Shown here one piece after another: positions 45,518-56,162 of a stretch of 64,000 nt of DNA. This DNA comes from a virus: IMG/VR virus record IMGVR_UViG_3300015202_000004, positions 115,943 through 179,942 of that record. The stretch is one strand, 5' to 3'. The notes under the pieces are model-generated. The model was not told where the DNA came from. It made no database searches and worked only from the letters and a program-made list of their open reading frames with translations. A program made the position numbers and the translations under genes. The number at the start of each line of letters is the position of its first letter. Position 1 is the stretch's first letter.

Positions 45518-46123
45518 TTGCCTACCAAAGGTTTTAAATTGATTACAAGGAATCAAACTCGCGACTTTCAAAAGCGACGAGTTTATGGATGGGCACAAGA
45601 TTATGTCCTTTCAGTTGACCACAGTTGTTTAGACATTATCGCCTGTCAAAGAATTGGCGAAGATGTTTTACGGTGCTATGGCATCAAAAGAACGCTTCCA
45701 ATTAAAACATTTGTTGCAAAGAAAATGCGCGGCATATACAAGCCAGATTTCACCATTAAGTTAACTGATAAGGGGAAAATGCGACCTATCGTTTTACACG
45801 AAGTTGCACACGCTCTAACAAGATTTTATTATGGTTATTCAGTTCCATCGCATGGTAAAGAGTTTATGGGATTTTTCATGATTCTGTTGAATAAATGGAG
45901 TCGCATCCCCATGAGCGAATTAAAGCGAACGGCTACTCTAGAGCAAATTGAATTTGTTGACCCAAAGTATATGATGAAGCCAAAATCGGTTATGCGTCCG
46001 CGAGAACAATTAAGAAACGAATACGAAGTAAAAGCCTTACCTAATTTTATTCCAGAAAATGTTCAATTTCATTTAATCCCTGGAAAATACGGCGGATACA
46101 AAGGGCAGTTTTTCAAGTTCTAA
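45518..46123 (+). CDS. HExxH metallopeptidase paralogue
   Basis: RDFQ...VY.W, VLHEVAH, HGKEF. Confidence 0.8.
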   Translation: MPTKGFKLITRNQTRDFQKRRVYGWAQDYVLSVDHSCLDIIACQRIGEDVLRCYGIKRTLPIKTFVAKKMRGIYKPDFTIKLTDKGKMRPIVLHEVAHALTRFYYGYSVPSHGKEFMGFFMILLNKWSRIPMSELKRTATLEQIEFVDPKYMMKPKSVMRPREQLRNEYEVKALPNFIPENVQFHLIPGKYGGYKGQFFKF

Positions 46124-46173
46124 ACTCTTGACAGATGTGTTATAATGTAGTTGAAATAAATAGAGGATTAAAA

Positions 46174-46746
46174 ATGAAATACTACACATCTGATTTGCAT
46201 CTAAATCATGCGAATCTAATTACATTCAATATACCTACCAGAAAATTTAAAAACATTCAGGAGCATAATGCGTTTGTTACTACGCGCTGGAATACAATTG
46301 TCAATTGGGACGATGAAGTTTATTGTCTTGGAGATTTTGCCCTAGGACCACCTGAAGATATTCCAAGTTATGTCAACCAATTAAACGGTATAAAACACCT
46401 TATCACAGGTAACCACGATTGGGGAAAGGAAGAATATCATGAACAGGCTGCTTGGGAATCCATTCAGAAACAACTTCATATCATCGACGGTGAGTATAAA
46501 GTTTGGCTCGCCCATATGCCCCTCCAGAAAGCTCCTGACAAGCGAGGCTACGAACGTCCAATCCCACTTGAGGATTACGACATTTGTCTAGGCGGGCACG
46601 TTCACGGAAAATATTTCGTCAACGATTGTAGCTCCATCAACGTAGGAGTAGACGTAAACGATTTTTACCCAAAAACACTAGAACAATTATTAGAAAAAGC
46701 TTCGACTTCTGAAATGGAAGACTCCTCAAAGTTCTACCCGGTATAG
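46174..46746 (+). CDS. metallophosphoesterase
   Basis: TSDLHL.H, LGDF, GNHD, GHVH, NVGVD. Confidence 0.9.
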   Translation: MKYYTSDLHLNHANLITFNIPTRKFKNIQEHNAFVTTRWNTIVNWDDEVYCLGDFALGPPEDIPSYVNQLNGIKHLITGNHDWGKEEYHEQAAWESIQKQLHIIDGEYKVWLAHMPLQKAPDKRGYERPIPLEDYDICLGGHVHGKYFVNDCSSINVGVDVNDFYPKTLEQLLEKASTSEMEDSSKFYPV

Positions 46747-46787
46747 AAAAACCACGGTTGCCGAAGGCTCAACCGTGGTTCTTTTTT

Positions 46788-47033
46788 TTATGCTGACAGT
46801 AGTTCAGAATTTACAAATGTACCTTTTTTAGAAAAATAAGCTCTAGACTTGTCTTCCGTACACTTAACACAACGACTTAGACCATCGGTAGGAGCGCGGC
46901 AAGTAATGCACAGCTTGGCCTCTCGGCGCTCTTTAGTCTTAATTTTTTGCCAGTTTCGGGCATATTCAAGACACTCTTTGCAACGCGACTTGCCCTCCAG
47001 GGCATCTTTAAGCTTACAACGATTACATACCAT
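46788..47033 (-). CDS. small Cys-rich zinc-finger protein
   Basis: Four CxxC pairs. Confidence 0.6.
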   Translation of the reverse strand: MVCNRCKLKDALEGKSRCKECLEYARNWQKIKTKERREAKLCITCRAPTDGLSRCVKCTEDKSRAYFSKKGTFVNSELLSA

Positions 47034-47399
47034 TTTGGGGCTTTTCCTTCATGGACGTTAGTATATCATGTAACGGCCAGCTTGTCAATACCTAGATAAC
47101 CCCATCTTCAATAAGGAGAAAAACAAGCTCGTCAAGGTTCGTGTCAAGCAAGTGACCATGCGTGGCTAAAATTTCTTTAACCCATAATTCGGCCACGATA
47201 TGTTTGGCTTGCTCGACAGAAAAGGCTTCCATGTAATTATATATAACACAAAAACTTTTTGTAGTCAATATAGTCGGACCAGGTGATTCCTGGTCCTCTC
47301 AATCATCCCATAAAAAATTTTCTTATTCAAGGAGGAACACTCTTTGAAGGCACAGAAGGGGCAGCAAACCAAGCTGCCAGAAACACACGGGAGAAATTT

Positions 47400-47756
47400 A
47401 TGGCTGTCGCAGAACCTGAGAAAAAACCAAGCTTAAACGGAGTCGCTTCCCACGTTGAAACCGCACCACCCAAACGTAGAAAAAGTAAAGGGCGCGTAAC
47501 GGTCACCCGCAAAGCCGGGGCCTCTTGCAATATTTGCAAGAGTAAATTCAAAGGCCAACACGGTGTCGCCGTCCACAAACAACGGATGCACAACGGCTCT
47601 GCCAAGGAAGAAACGCCTACGCGCAATACCGCTCTGAAAAAGTACGAAAAACTGCGTAAGCTTTGGCTTACCAAAGCAAGCACGGCCTCGGACCCGAAGG
47701 TAAGCGCAACGATATTCGAATGCCTGCTTGACCTGAATAGCGAATTTACTAGGTAG
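47400..47756 (+). CDS. C2H2 zinc-finger-containing basic protein
   Basis: CNIC...F......VHKQRMH; GGAG RBS. Confidence 0.6.
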   Translation: MAVAEPEKKPSLNGVASHVETAPPKRRKSKGRVTVTRKAGASCNICKSKFKGQHGVAVHKQRMHNGSAKEETPTRNTALKKYEKLRKLWLTKASTASDPKVSATIFECLLDLNSEFTR

Positions 47757-48102
47757 AAGCCTTCTTAATAGGCTTTTTATAACGCTTTAGTGCGATTGCA
47801 AGGCGGTAGTTCTTCATGTTCAATTGTCCTTGCGTCACGCCTTCGGCTTCACAATCTGAACAGTATAAATATTCATCAATTATTTTTACACGCTTATTGT
47901 CTTTTTCAACAATCAATAAGCTTGACTTTTCGATGACAGTAAAGTTTTTACATTCCTGGCATTGGATGGTGCCGCGCAGGACGTAAAGAGACGCCCTTGC
48001 ACAAGCAGCACAAATGGGTTGTTCAATACCCCAATCATACAAATTAAACGCGCTATCGCCGCATTGGGGGCAAACGACAGCGTAAACGTAATCAAATAGC
48101 AT
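47749..48102 (-). CDS. zinc-ribbon hypothetical protein
   Basis: Several CxxC pairs. Confidence 0.55.
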   Translation of the reverse strand: MLFDYVYAVVCPQCGDSAFNLYDWGIEQPICAACARASLYVLRGTIQCQECKNFTVIEKSSLLIVEKDNKRVKIIDEYLYCSDCEAEGVTQGQLNMKNYRLAIALKRYKKPIKKAST

Positions 48103-48155
48103 TATTCTTATATTGTAGTTTAATAACCCTTGACTTGATGTGATATAATACTTGC

Positions 48156-48497
48156 ATGGCTGAATACACGGTTCCTGAAATTAGTATGGGTGCGACGATA
48201 TATTATGGCTCAGATTCATACCCCTACACGATTGTTGAGGTGTCCCTGAATGATAAAGCATTTGTAATGCAATCTGATTTTCACACCTTGAAACAAGTGT
48301 CAAAGTTCCCCGTAGTGCCAAACCAACCGCAAATCGCAGTGCAAATTTCGCTCGTAGAGCCTGTTTTCACGCCCAATCCTGATGGTAACCTTATCCAAGT
48401 TCGTTGGTCTGACAAAGATGTTTATTGGAAAGTTGTTAAATCACAAACTTGGGTCACAATTGGATTCCGCCGTTTTTACCAAAGTCTTGATTTTTAG
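48156..48497 (+). CDS. hypothetical phage protein
   Basis: MGAT...GSDSYPYTI and C-terminal GFRRFY..LDF; own promoter. Confidence 0.7.
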   Translation: MAEYTVPEISMGATIYYGSDSYPYTIVEVSLNDKAFVMQSDFHTLKQVSKFPVVPNQPQIAVQISLVEPVFTPNPDGNLIQVRWSDKDVYWKVVKSQTWVTIGFRRFYQSLDF

Positions 48498-48799
48498 GAG
48501 TTTTTATGTGCCAACCGTCGTTCGAACGCGCAGTGATAGCGGTCAATCAATTTATCAAACACAACATGCTTTCTGAAGCCCAGACTTCTTTAATCTTAGT
48601 ACAGCGGTATATGGATTCGACTCCGCTCAACCAACAAATTTTCCAAGACATTCAACTACGTATAAACCAAAAAATAGCAGAGAATAATTAATCCTTTTCC
48701 ACCTCTTTTATTTATATATTTGATTACTTATATCATTACTTAATCTATTTGTCAATAGGGTACTTGACATTTATCTTAAACTATGATAATATACTGGAA

Positions 48800-49120
48800 A
48801 TGAAAACTTTAGTAGTTTATGGTTCTAGTGACAATATTATTACTGCCACTGGTATTCCTGGTGGTAACGAATTTTATTCTTCTAATCCAAATAACAATAA
48901 TGCTATTCAAGCAGCCCTTTCGGTTGGCGGAAAAGTTGTTATTTTAGCCCTCTACTGGAATGGCGTTTGGTCTTTTTCTATCAGTCAAATTGATGAAAAT
49001 GTTCCGCTACCCGCTGATTGGGCTATTCGGCTTGCACCGCATCGAAATGGCTATTCGATGGAAGTTCAAATGGATGTGCCTGATGATACTGCGCTATCAG
49101 AAATTAAACTAAATGGCTAA
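48800..49120 (+). CDS. hypothetical phage protein (YG.SD motif)
   Basis: Promoter-preceded ORF. Confidence 0.65.
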   Translation: MKTLVVYGSSDNIITATGIPGGNEFYSSNPNNNNAIQAALSVGGKVVILALYWNGVWSFSISQIDENVPLPADWAIRLAPHRNGYSMEVQMDVPDDTALSEIKLNG

Positions 49121-49490
49121 AGTAACTGCTGAAGCTAATGTTAGCTACAAAGAACTGGGTTATATTATTAACCCGATTACTCGAAATGGCCCTTATGACC
49201 CTGTTGGTTACCCTCAAGAAAATATTATTGAATTGCCTATGGGCGCTCAAATTTCTGGAGCCAAAAGCCAAAATGACTGGTCAAAATTCAATACGCCTGA
49301 CGACGTAATTCGCATTTATGCCTTGGTTCCATTGACCGTACACAATGAAATTCCTACCGTTACAGAAAAACGATTAATTTACGTTTTTCCAACAGGCGGA
49401 ATAATCAATGTCCCCAGCGATGCCGAAAAAATTACAATTGTCAAAGAAGGAAATGGAAGTTTAATATATCATATTTATGCTTCTAAATAG
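49113..49490 (+). CDS. hypothetical protein
   Basis: 125-aa ORF coupled to upstream gene. Confidence 0.6.
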   Translation: MAKVTAEANVSYKELGYIINPITRNGPYDPVGYPQENIIELPMGAQISGAKSQNDWSKFNTPDDVIRIYALVPLTVHNEIPTVTEKRLIYVFPTGGIINVPSDAEKITIVKEGNGSLIYHIYASK

Positions 49491-50211
49491 TTATTTTTAA
49501 AAATTTTAAGATTTTAATCATATTATCAATATTCATACTTCCTTTCGCTGTATTACAATTTTTACAGCAAGGAATACAATTTTCAAAAACATAACCTTTG
49601 GAATTATCAATCCTATCAATTCCGTTGTATATATAAATTCCATTACAATAGTTTTGTTTTGAAATCTGTTTAGGTTCAATTGCACAATAAAAACAATTTT
49701 GTAATGTTAAATTTTTAAATTGTTCAACAGTTAATCGAAAATCAATTTTTCTTATTTTAGATTTGCTTTGATATTTATTGTATAGAAGATTCATAGCAGC
49801 TTCACTATAAGGTAATTTTAATAAACAACCGCAAGATTTAATTGATAAAGATTTTAAATGCTGCAATCTACATTCAAAAATTTCTCCGCAATAACATTTG
49901 ACTCTTGCCTTTGTATTTGTTGTTCTTTTTAATCTATCATGAATAACGAAACACTCCAAAACTTCGCAGTTACTATATTTTTTTCCGATTTCATTTATTC
50001 TTTTATTTAAATGTCTTTGTGAAGTTCTTTGGCGTTGTAAACATCCACAAGACTTTACATTCCCTGCTACTAAATTACCTGGGAAAACTTCAGTTGTTTG
50101 GCCGCAATCGCATTTGCATGACCATTTGCTTAAATTATTTTTATCTTTAATTAAGTTTAAAACGGTTAAATTTCCAAATTTTTCCCCGGTTAAATCTGTT
50201 ATTTTTCTCAT
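49483..50211 (-). CDS. HNH homing endonuclease
   Basis: DLTGEKFG.LTV, CDCG, SCGC, NGIDRIDNSKGY..ENCIPCC..CN.AK. Confidence 0.9.
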   Translation of the reverse strand: MRKITDLTGEKFGNLTVLNLIKDKNNLSKWSCKCDCGQTTEVFPGNLVAGNVKSCGCLQRQRTSQRHLNKRINEIGKKYSNCEVLECFVIHDRLKRTTNTKARVKCYCGEIFECRLQHLKSLSIKSCGCLLKLPYSEAAMNLLYNKYQSKSKIRKIDFRLTVEQFKNLTLQNCFYCAIEPKQISKQNYCNGIYIYNGIDRIDNSKGYVFENCIPCCKNCNTAKGSMNIDNMIKILKFLKITI

Positions 50212-50294
50212 AGTTTATATACCATATCCATTAAAAAAGTTGACAAAATCTTGTCTATATGTTATAATATAAATATGACTAGGAAAGTAACAAA

Positions 50295-51410
50295 ATGAAG
50301 ACGACTTTTGCACCACTTTATCACCTTGGTAAAAACAAAGCTTTATACTCCTACAATATTTGGTCGGAGGGCAATAAGGTTTATAGTGATACGGGCCAGG
50401 TAAACGGTCAACGTGTTACTTCTGTTATTACCGTTACCCCCAAGAATGATGGTAAAGCCAATGCTACTACGGCAGAAGAGCAGGCTGTTAAAGAGGCTAA
50501 GGCAAAACATAAACACAAGCTTGACCGCAAATATTCATTGACACCCGAGAAGGCAAGCGAAGAAGAAATTGCCCCGATGCTTGCACAGGTGTTCGAGAAG
50601 CGTAAGAACAAGAATGTTTATTATCCAGCAGATTTCCAACCAAAACTTGACGGCGTTCGAGCATTGGCGCAGTGCGATGGTGAGAATGTAATTCTTACTT
50701 CACGCGGATATCAAGAATGGACCGAAGTCACACATATTAATAATGAATTAAAAGCAGTACTAGGCAAAGGTGATATTCTTGACGGCGAGCTTTATATTCA
50801 TGGCGTCGGTTTCCAAACTCTTGTCAGTTGGGTGAAGCGCAAGCAACCTGAAACAATGCGAATTGAATATCATGTTTATGACATGCCTTCCCACGATGGC
50901 GAAGATTCCTTGGCATGGTCCGAACGCAAGGCTAATCTTGAAAAGTTTTTCAAATCAAACCCTAATCTAAAACATGTTAAGTATGTACCAAGTAAGACGG
51001 TCAGCAGTGAAGCCGATGTTCTTACAGCACATGACCAGGCAGTTGCAGATGGCTACGAAGGTGGCATTGTTCGTTTACAAAATGGCCTTTACAATTACGG
51101 CTACCGTTCCTACGATTTGCTTAAAGTAAAAAGCTTTGACGACGCTGAATTCACGGTAACAGGAGTCACAAACGGCGTTGGCAAGTTCGTAAATTGTGCA
51201 ATCTGGATTTGCAAAACCGAAAAAGGTCAGGAATTCCGAGTTACACCTAAGACTACGCAGGTGGAAAAAGAACTGTTCTTAAAGAATTCAAAAGACTATA
51301 TTGGCAAGCAATTAACCGTTGCCTATTTCGGTAAGACCGATGATGGAATCCCTCGTTTCCCAGTGGGCGTTAAGTTTCGTCCCACTGAAGATATTCAAAA
51401 GAAAAAATGA
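50295..51410 (+). CDS. ATP-dependent DNA ligase
   Basis: PKLDGVR, LDGELY, GYEG, LLKVK, PRFP. Confidence 0.95.
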   Translation: MKTTFAPLYHLGKNKALYSYNIWSEGNKVYSDTGQVNGQRVTSVITVTPKNDGKANATTAEEQAVKEAKAKHKHKLDRKYSLTPEKASEEEIAPMLAQVFEKRKNKNVYYPADFQPKLDGVRALAQCDGENVILTSRGYQEWTEVTHINNELKAVLGKGDILDGELYIHGVGFQTLVSWVKRKQPETMRIEYHVYDMPSHDGEDSLAWSERKANLEKFFKSNPNLKHVKYVPSKTVSSEADVLTAHDQAVADGYEGGIVRLQNGLYNYGYRSYDLLKVKSFDDAEFTVTGVTNGVGKFVNCAIWICKTEKGQEFRVTPKTTQVEKELFLKNSKDYIGKQLTVAYFGKTDDGIPRFPVGVKFRPTEDIQKKK

Positions 51411-51714
51411 AATTTACCTTTGAAAAAATAAAAGCAGGCGGAAATCGTTATCCTGGAAACATTTATTATAATTTAAAAATAGACCGCAAGACTACAAAAT
51501 ATATAATTGAATTTATTTCGACGTATAATTGTTTTAATGTTTTTTTTGCCAAAAATAAATTTAAAAATAAATTTAATTGGACTAAATGGACACCAGAATC
51601 TGCTTGGGTTGTAATTTATAGAGACTTGAAAAGTCTTGAAAAAGCAAAAATTAAGGCTTTTGAATCATTTGCAAAAGAAAACGAAGAGATTCTGAATTAA
51701 CCAGAAAGAAAAAA

Positions 51715-52152
51715 ATGATTAACAAAATAGAAGCAGCATATCAAAGGTTACTTAGAGCAAAATGGTATCAACCTTTCTATGCCAAATTCCTTTTTTACAC
51801 AGCAACCTTCTTGCCACTTTTAGCGTTAATGTTTTACACTCTAACAAATAATTTTACAACTCATGTTGATTTGTTTTTTTATGCAGTTTTAGGCATTAGC
51901 GCTATTGGTGGTTTAATGATTGCTGCTTCATCGCATAACGCTCAATTATATCGTCTGTGCAGAGAAGCTAAAGAAGACGTTATTCAAAATATTCGCGTTG
52001 GCTATGCCGTGGAACGAGCGGCCAACAAAGCAAGCGATACGATTCATGACTTAACCATCAGAACGTATGTACCAAGCAAATGGCGCTTTTTAGATATGGA
52101 AACGAATCAGCTTTGGAGATTCGAAGATGGCAAGATGAAAAGCGATAATTAA
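51715..52152 (+). CDS. membrane protein
   Basis: Two hydrophobic helices. Confidence 0.65.
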   Translation: MINKIEAAYQRLLRAKWYQPFYAKFLFYTATFLPLLALMFYTLTNNFTTHVDLFFYAVLGISAIGGLMIAASSHNAQLYRLCREAKEDVIQNIRVGYAVERAANKASDTIHDLTIRTYVPSKWRFLDMETNQLWRFEDGKMKSDN

Positions 52153-52178
52153 TTACAAGTTTAGACTAGAATAATGGT

Positions 52179-52823
52179 ATGAGTATATTTAAGTGGATTG
52201 ACAATTGGTTCGGTAAAGCTTCCTTTGAAGAATTCAAAAATTCTGAAGCAGAGGCTTTTTCTGCACAACTACAGGCAAAATCCGTAGAGTTATTTTACTT
52301 GCGGACAAATATTTATAATATCACCGATGCAATTTGTAATGACTATAAAAGAATTCATCAAGAAATTCAGACGGCTAGGGCCAATGATGTTCCTATCGAA
52401 GAATTACAAATAAATCTTGGCGAACGCGAAGCCATTGGTCGCATTCTGAAGATGCTACAAGGCCATGAAGACACTTCGGTAATCATCAGCAATGCGTTTT
52501 ACGAAGTAAATTCTACTGCTATGGATGTGAAGACGGTTGACAACCACCAATATACCCGCCAGGAAATATTAGCTTGGATTATTAACGAAATCATGATTAT
52601 CATTGGGTGTTCCGAAGAAGACCTGGACACTAATCTTAATGAAATTGAAAAACTAGATTTGTCCGATGACTTGGGTCTTGATTCACTAGATTTAGTCGAG
52701 CTTCTAATGGCCGCAGAATCGAATTATGGCATAGATATTGCTAACGAAGCAGCAGTTACCGTCAAAACGGTTGAACAAGCAATAGACTTAATAATTATAG
52801 CCACCGCGATAGAGCGTGGATAA
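52179..52823 (+). CDS. unknown N-terminal domain fused to an acyl carrier protein domain
   Basis: DDLGLDSLDLVELLMAAE...I.I...A...KTV ACP signature. Confidence 0.82.
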   Translation: MSIFKWIDNWFGKASFEEFKNSEAEAFSAQLQAKSVELFYLRTNIYNITDAICNDYKRIHQEIQTARANDVPIEELQINLGEREAIGRILKMLQGHEDTSVIISNAFYEVNSTAMDVKTVDNHQYTRQEILAWIINEIMIIIGCSEEDLDTNLNEIEKLDLSDDLGLDSLDLVELLMAAESNYGIDIANEAAVTVKTVEQAIDLIIIATAIERG

Positions 52824-53218
52824 AAAAAGAAAGGCCGATGCGAATCGGCCTTTTTTGTTGGCATTATAATCCATGATATGATTAATCCGAAAAATATTAA
52901 AGCAAAAATTATATCTATTACCAAACCTTACGTTTTGTTGGGTCAAAGAAATATACAGTCGGCGCAAATGTATAATTTGTGCCTGTTGTTGTGTTAGATA
53001 TTACGCTGCCATATGATGTTGCGTTTTGTTCTGAAGCGCAATGATAGCAACTAGTTTTAACCTCTACAAGGCAGTATGCGCCTGGTGGTAGGCCATCATA
53101 ATTTGAGGTATATCCTCTACCGCCACAATGGTAACATGGATATGCGCGAAAAGACGCCTGTCTATAACGACAGCACGCCAATTCACAAGGATGGTTATTA
53201 TGGTACATTTACTACTCC

Positions 53219-54799
53219 TTAGTAGCGAAACCCATTCCGGCGACGACTGTTGTTTTCCCACAGCGCCTTGATTTGTGCGCCGATTGGGTCAGACACGAGT
53301 TCTGCAATCAATTCGTCTTTGGTGATTTCCTTGACAGGGGCATGGGCACCGGGCAATTGTTTGTTCAATTGGTCAGCAACACTCTTGGCATACGCCATGT
53401 GTTCTTCGGTAACGCTGCCGTTATTAAAGCAACGAATCTCTTGGACTTCCCACTTCTCGTTTTTCTTCGCTTCTTCCATTTTAATACGTTCGGCTTCAGA
53501 AAGTGACGACGGGTAATTGTTATTGTGATTATAACGGTTATTGTAGTCTTCGCGAATCGCAATGTACGCTAGGAATCCGCCCTTGTTCTCGGGAGTATGG
53601 TCTTCGTGGTAAAGCGCATGCGCTCGACCGTTGACCATGTTGTCTTCATAGCTACCGTAACGACTGATGCAGCACGAATACCAATCAGAAAGATTCGGGA
53701 AGGTCATGGAGTCGGCCCAAACCGTTTTGGGATTCCAAATGAAGTTGTTTTCTGGCGTCTTCTCGTCAATGACGTTCTTCAGCACCGGAGGTTTATATGT
53801 GCTATTTAGATGCTTCTTGTTTTGACGATAGATACTTTGGAACTTGACCGAATAATTTGCAGCCTTTTCAACTTCTTTTGCATTTAAAAGATTCAGGCCA
53901 ACAATTTCGAGAGCATCCAAACCGGAGTTTGAAAGACTGTTCAGTGCAAGCGACATACGTTCGGATTTGGGGCACCGTGCAAGATACTCTACGACCGCTT
54001 CAAAGTTTTCAGAATCGGTCCAATCATTATGCTTCAACATAAGTGATTCGTAGAATGTGCCGCGAACCTGAGTTACGAACGGACCCCATTGCTTCTTACT
54101 GCTCCAGCCACGCGAAACAAAATTCATCAAATCGTCAAACGTTAATTGGTTCCAGTAACGAATGGAGTTAAGCTTCTCGGGGACTTCGCCATTCTCAACG
54201 TCCTTATGAACGCTATCTTTAACGTACCATTTGCCCTTGGTGCCATTGGTCTTCGCACCCTTCTTCAGAAGAGCGGAAAGCCACCACTGGTAGTAGGACT
54301 TGATAGTTCCGATGGAAAAATTCTCAATCGAAACAACCTTCCAGAAATCATCTGGAACATTGCGCCACTTAAGCTTGCCACGGCTTTCCCACAGACCCGA
54401 AGACTTTAGCTTCTGAGCCATTAGAAGGGTAGCTTGGTCTACATATTCTCCCTTGCGAATCTTATCGACCTGGGACTTTTGAATGATAAATTTTGATACC
54501 TGATTAATATCGGTATACTGTCCAGGGATGATGATACGGTCTTCTTGTGACTTATAATAATAACGATAGCGTGGAACCAGTTCGATTACCAGTCCATTTG
54601 GATGCCCAAGGACGCGAAGACGACGACCTTGCTCAAGGTTATCTACTTCAAGAAGATTGACCTTGACGGTCTTCTCGCCAGCCTTGGTGTACTTGACTTC
54701 ATCGACGGACGACGAATTGATACTGAAAGATTTCGTATCTAGTACAACCGGGACTTCGACGGGGGCAGTGACTTCTTCAATCATTGTTGACATGCACAC
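53219..54799 (-). CDS. hypothetical protein with PcfJ-like C-terminus
   Basis: 526 aa; CISRY...EIRCFNN motif. Confidence 0.6.
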   Translation of the reverse strand: MCMSTMIEEVTAPVEVPVVLDTKSFSINSSSVDEVKYTKAGEKTVKVNLLEVDNLEQGRRLRVLGHPNGLVIELVPRYRYYYKSQEDRIIIPGQYTDINQVSKFIIQKSQVDKIRKGEYVDQATLLMAQKLKSSGLWESRGKLKWRNVPDDFWKVVSIENFSIGTIKSYYQWWLSALLKKGAKTNGTKGKWYVKDSVHKDVENGEVPEKLNSIRYWNQLTFDDLMNFVSRGWSSKKQWGPFVTQVRGTFYESLMLKHNDWTDSENFEAVVEYLARCPKSERMSLALNSLSNSGLDALEIVGLNLLNAKEVEKAANYSVKFQSIYRQNKKHLNSTYKPPVLKNVIDEKTPENNFIWNPKTVWADSMTFPNLSDWYSCCISRYGSYEDNMVNGRAHALYHEDHTPENKGGFLAYIAIREDYNNRYNHNNNYPSSLSEAERIKMEEAKKNEKWEVQEIRCFNNGSVTEEHMAYAKSVADQLNKQLPGAHAPVKEITKDELIAELVSDPIGAQIKALWENNSRRRNGFRY

Positions 54800-54932
54800 A
54801 CTATATCAAATCCGAACCTGGAAGTCAATACCCTACGGATATATTTTAAGTAATTGATTTATTACCTTATATAGACGAATAAAGCGCAGGGTTGGTATTG
54901 ACAGAGCTACACTTTTATGTTACTATCACTAT

Positions 54933-55631
54933 ATGGCTAACCGAAGCCGAAGTGCGGCTAACAAAATGAGCGCGATATTAAGACGGGATGGCCCCTATTG
55001 TAGCCTGTGTGGTTATTATGTGGTAGGCATATCGCGAACGGTTGACCATATCGTAGAGAAGCGTAACGAAGGAGGCGATGAAATCGAAAACCTTCGGATG
55101 GCGCACCAGGCTTGCAACCAAGCTCGGGACTCTCATTATACCCTTGATAAAAATATGACCATTGAATACCTCCAGGCACTTAAAGACCTGACGACGCGAC
55201 TGAATGAATTGAACGCCCCATGGCGCTTCTTGAACGTTCCCGACAATGAGAAGCGTGATTTTGAAATCGAAATTAAGGCCAACTCCAACGACTTTGACAA
55301 AATCAGTAACCTTGGCAAAATTATCACCGGAGAAATGAATCACCTTTGGGGTTCGTTTATAAAAATATCGGTACTTAGTGATGATTCGGTATCCATCAGG
55401 ACTCTACCTCTTGTTGAAAGCATTGAATTCTATCCAACGGACGTTCTTCGTAAAGGCATTCAAATGTCAAACGAACAAAAGGGTAAAAGCGAGTTCGTTC
55501 GAGCGGTTCGACATATGCTTTGGACTTACTTGAATGAACATGAAAACGAAATTTACCGAAAAATTTCCCGTTCTGATATGTTTCGGAATGCAGAAGGAAA
55601 TCTACTAAATCTTGCAGAAATAAATGCATAA
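54933..55631 (+). CDS. HNH endonuclease-domain protein
   Basis: RDG.YCSLC, TVDHI, GG...ENLRMAH..CN. Confidence 0.85.
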   Translation: MANRSRSAANKMSAILRRDGPYCSLCGYYVVGISRTVDHIVEKRNEGGDEIENLRMAHQACNQARDSHYTLDKNMTIEYLQALKDLTTRLNELNAPWRFLNVPDNEKRDFEIEIKANSNDFDKISNLGKIITGEMNHLWGSFIKISVLSDDSVSIRTLPLVESIEFYPTDVLRKGIQMSNEQKGKSEFVRAVRHMLWTYLNEHENEIYRKISRSDMFRNAEGNLLNLAEINA

Positions 55632-55648
55632 GAAAGGATGAAATATAT

Positions 55649-56116
55649 TTGAATTTACTAACACAAGCAATCATCATGGCTGCGACGGCATTCGATGAAA
55701 TGAATGACCGTAGTGGCAATCCCATGATACTACACGCCATGCGAGTATCAGCCCGTGGAAAAACGATTGACGAGCAAATTGTCGGCGCTTTACACGACTT
55801 GGTTGAAGATACTCCGATTACTTTAGAAAAATTATCCGAAGTTTTTCCACAGCATATTGTAGAGACAGTGGATAAACTTTCAAGGCGAGACGGTGAGACA
55901 TACAAGGAATTTATCAAAAGAATCAGCGAACACGAACTGGCAACCCAGTGCAAGTTAAATGATTTAGCGGATAATCTTGGACGAGTAAGCAACCTTCCAC
56001 CCGATGAAGGCAATGGTCTAAAGAAAAGGTATTTGCAGGCTCGCGCTTCTCTTGGTCAAACTTTGACAGAAGAAGAATCAGCCTGGTTAAAAAAATTCCT
56101 TTACGGACTAAAATGA
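55649..56116 (+). CDS. small HD protein of (p)ppGpp-hydrolase type
   Basis: DRSG.P.ILH, LHDLVEDT, KL.DL.DN. Confidence 0.82.
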   Translation: MNLLTQAIIMAATAFDEMNDRSGNPMILHAMRVSARGKTIDEQIVGALHDLVEDTPITLEKLSEVFPQHIVETVDKLSRRDGETYKEFIKRISEHELATQCKLNDLADNLGRVSNLPPDEGNGLKKRYLQARASLGQTLTEEESAWLKKFLYGLK

Positions 56117-56162
56117 TAAAGACTCGTGTTTACGAGTCTTTATTTTATAAAGAGATTATGAT

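Noticed and set aside
55396-56013. 205-aa minus-strand ORF
   Set aside because: Shadow frame of the HD-domain and HNH genes on the plus strand
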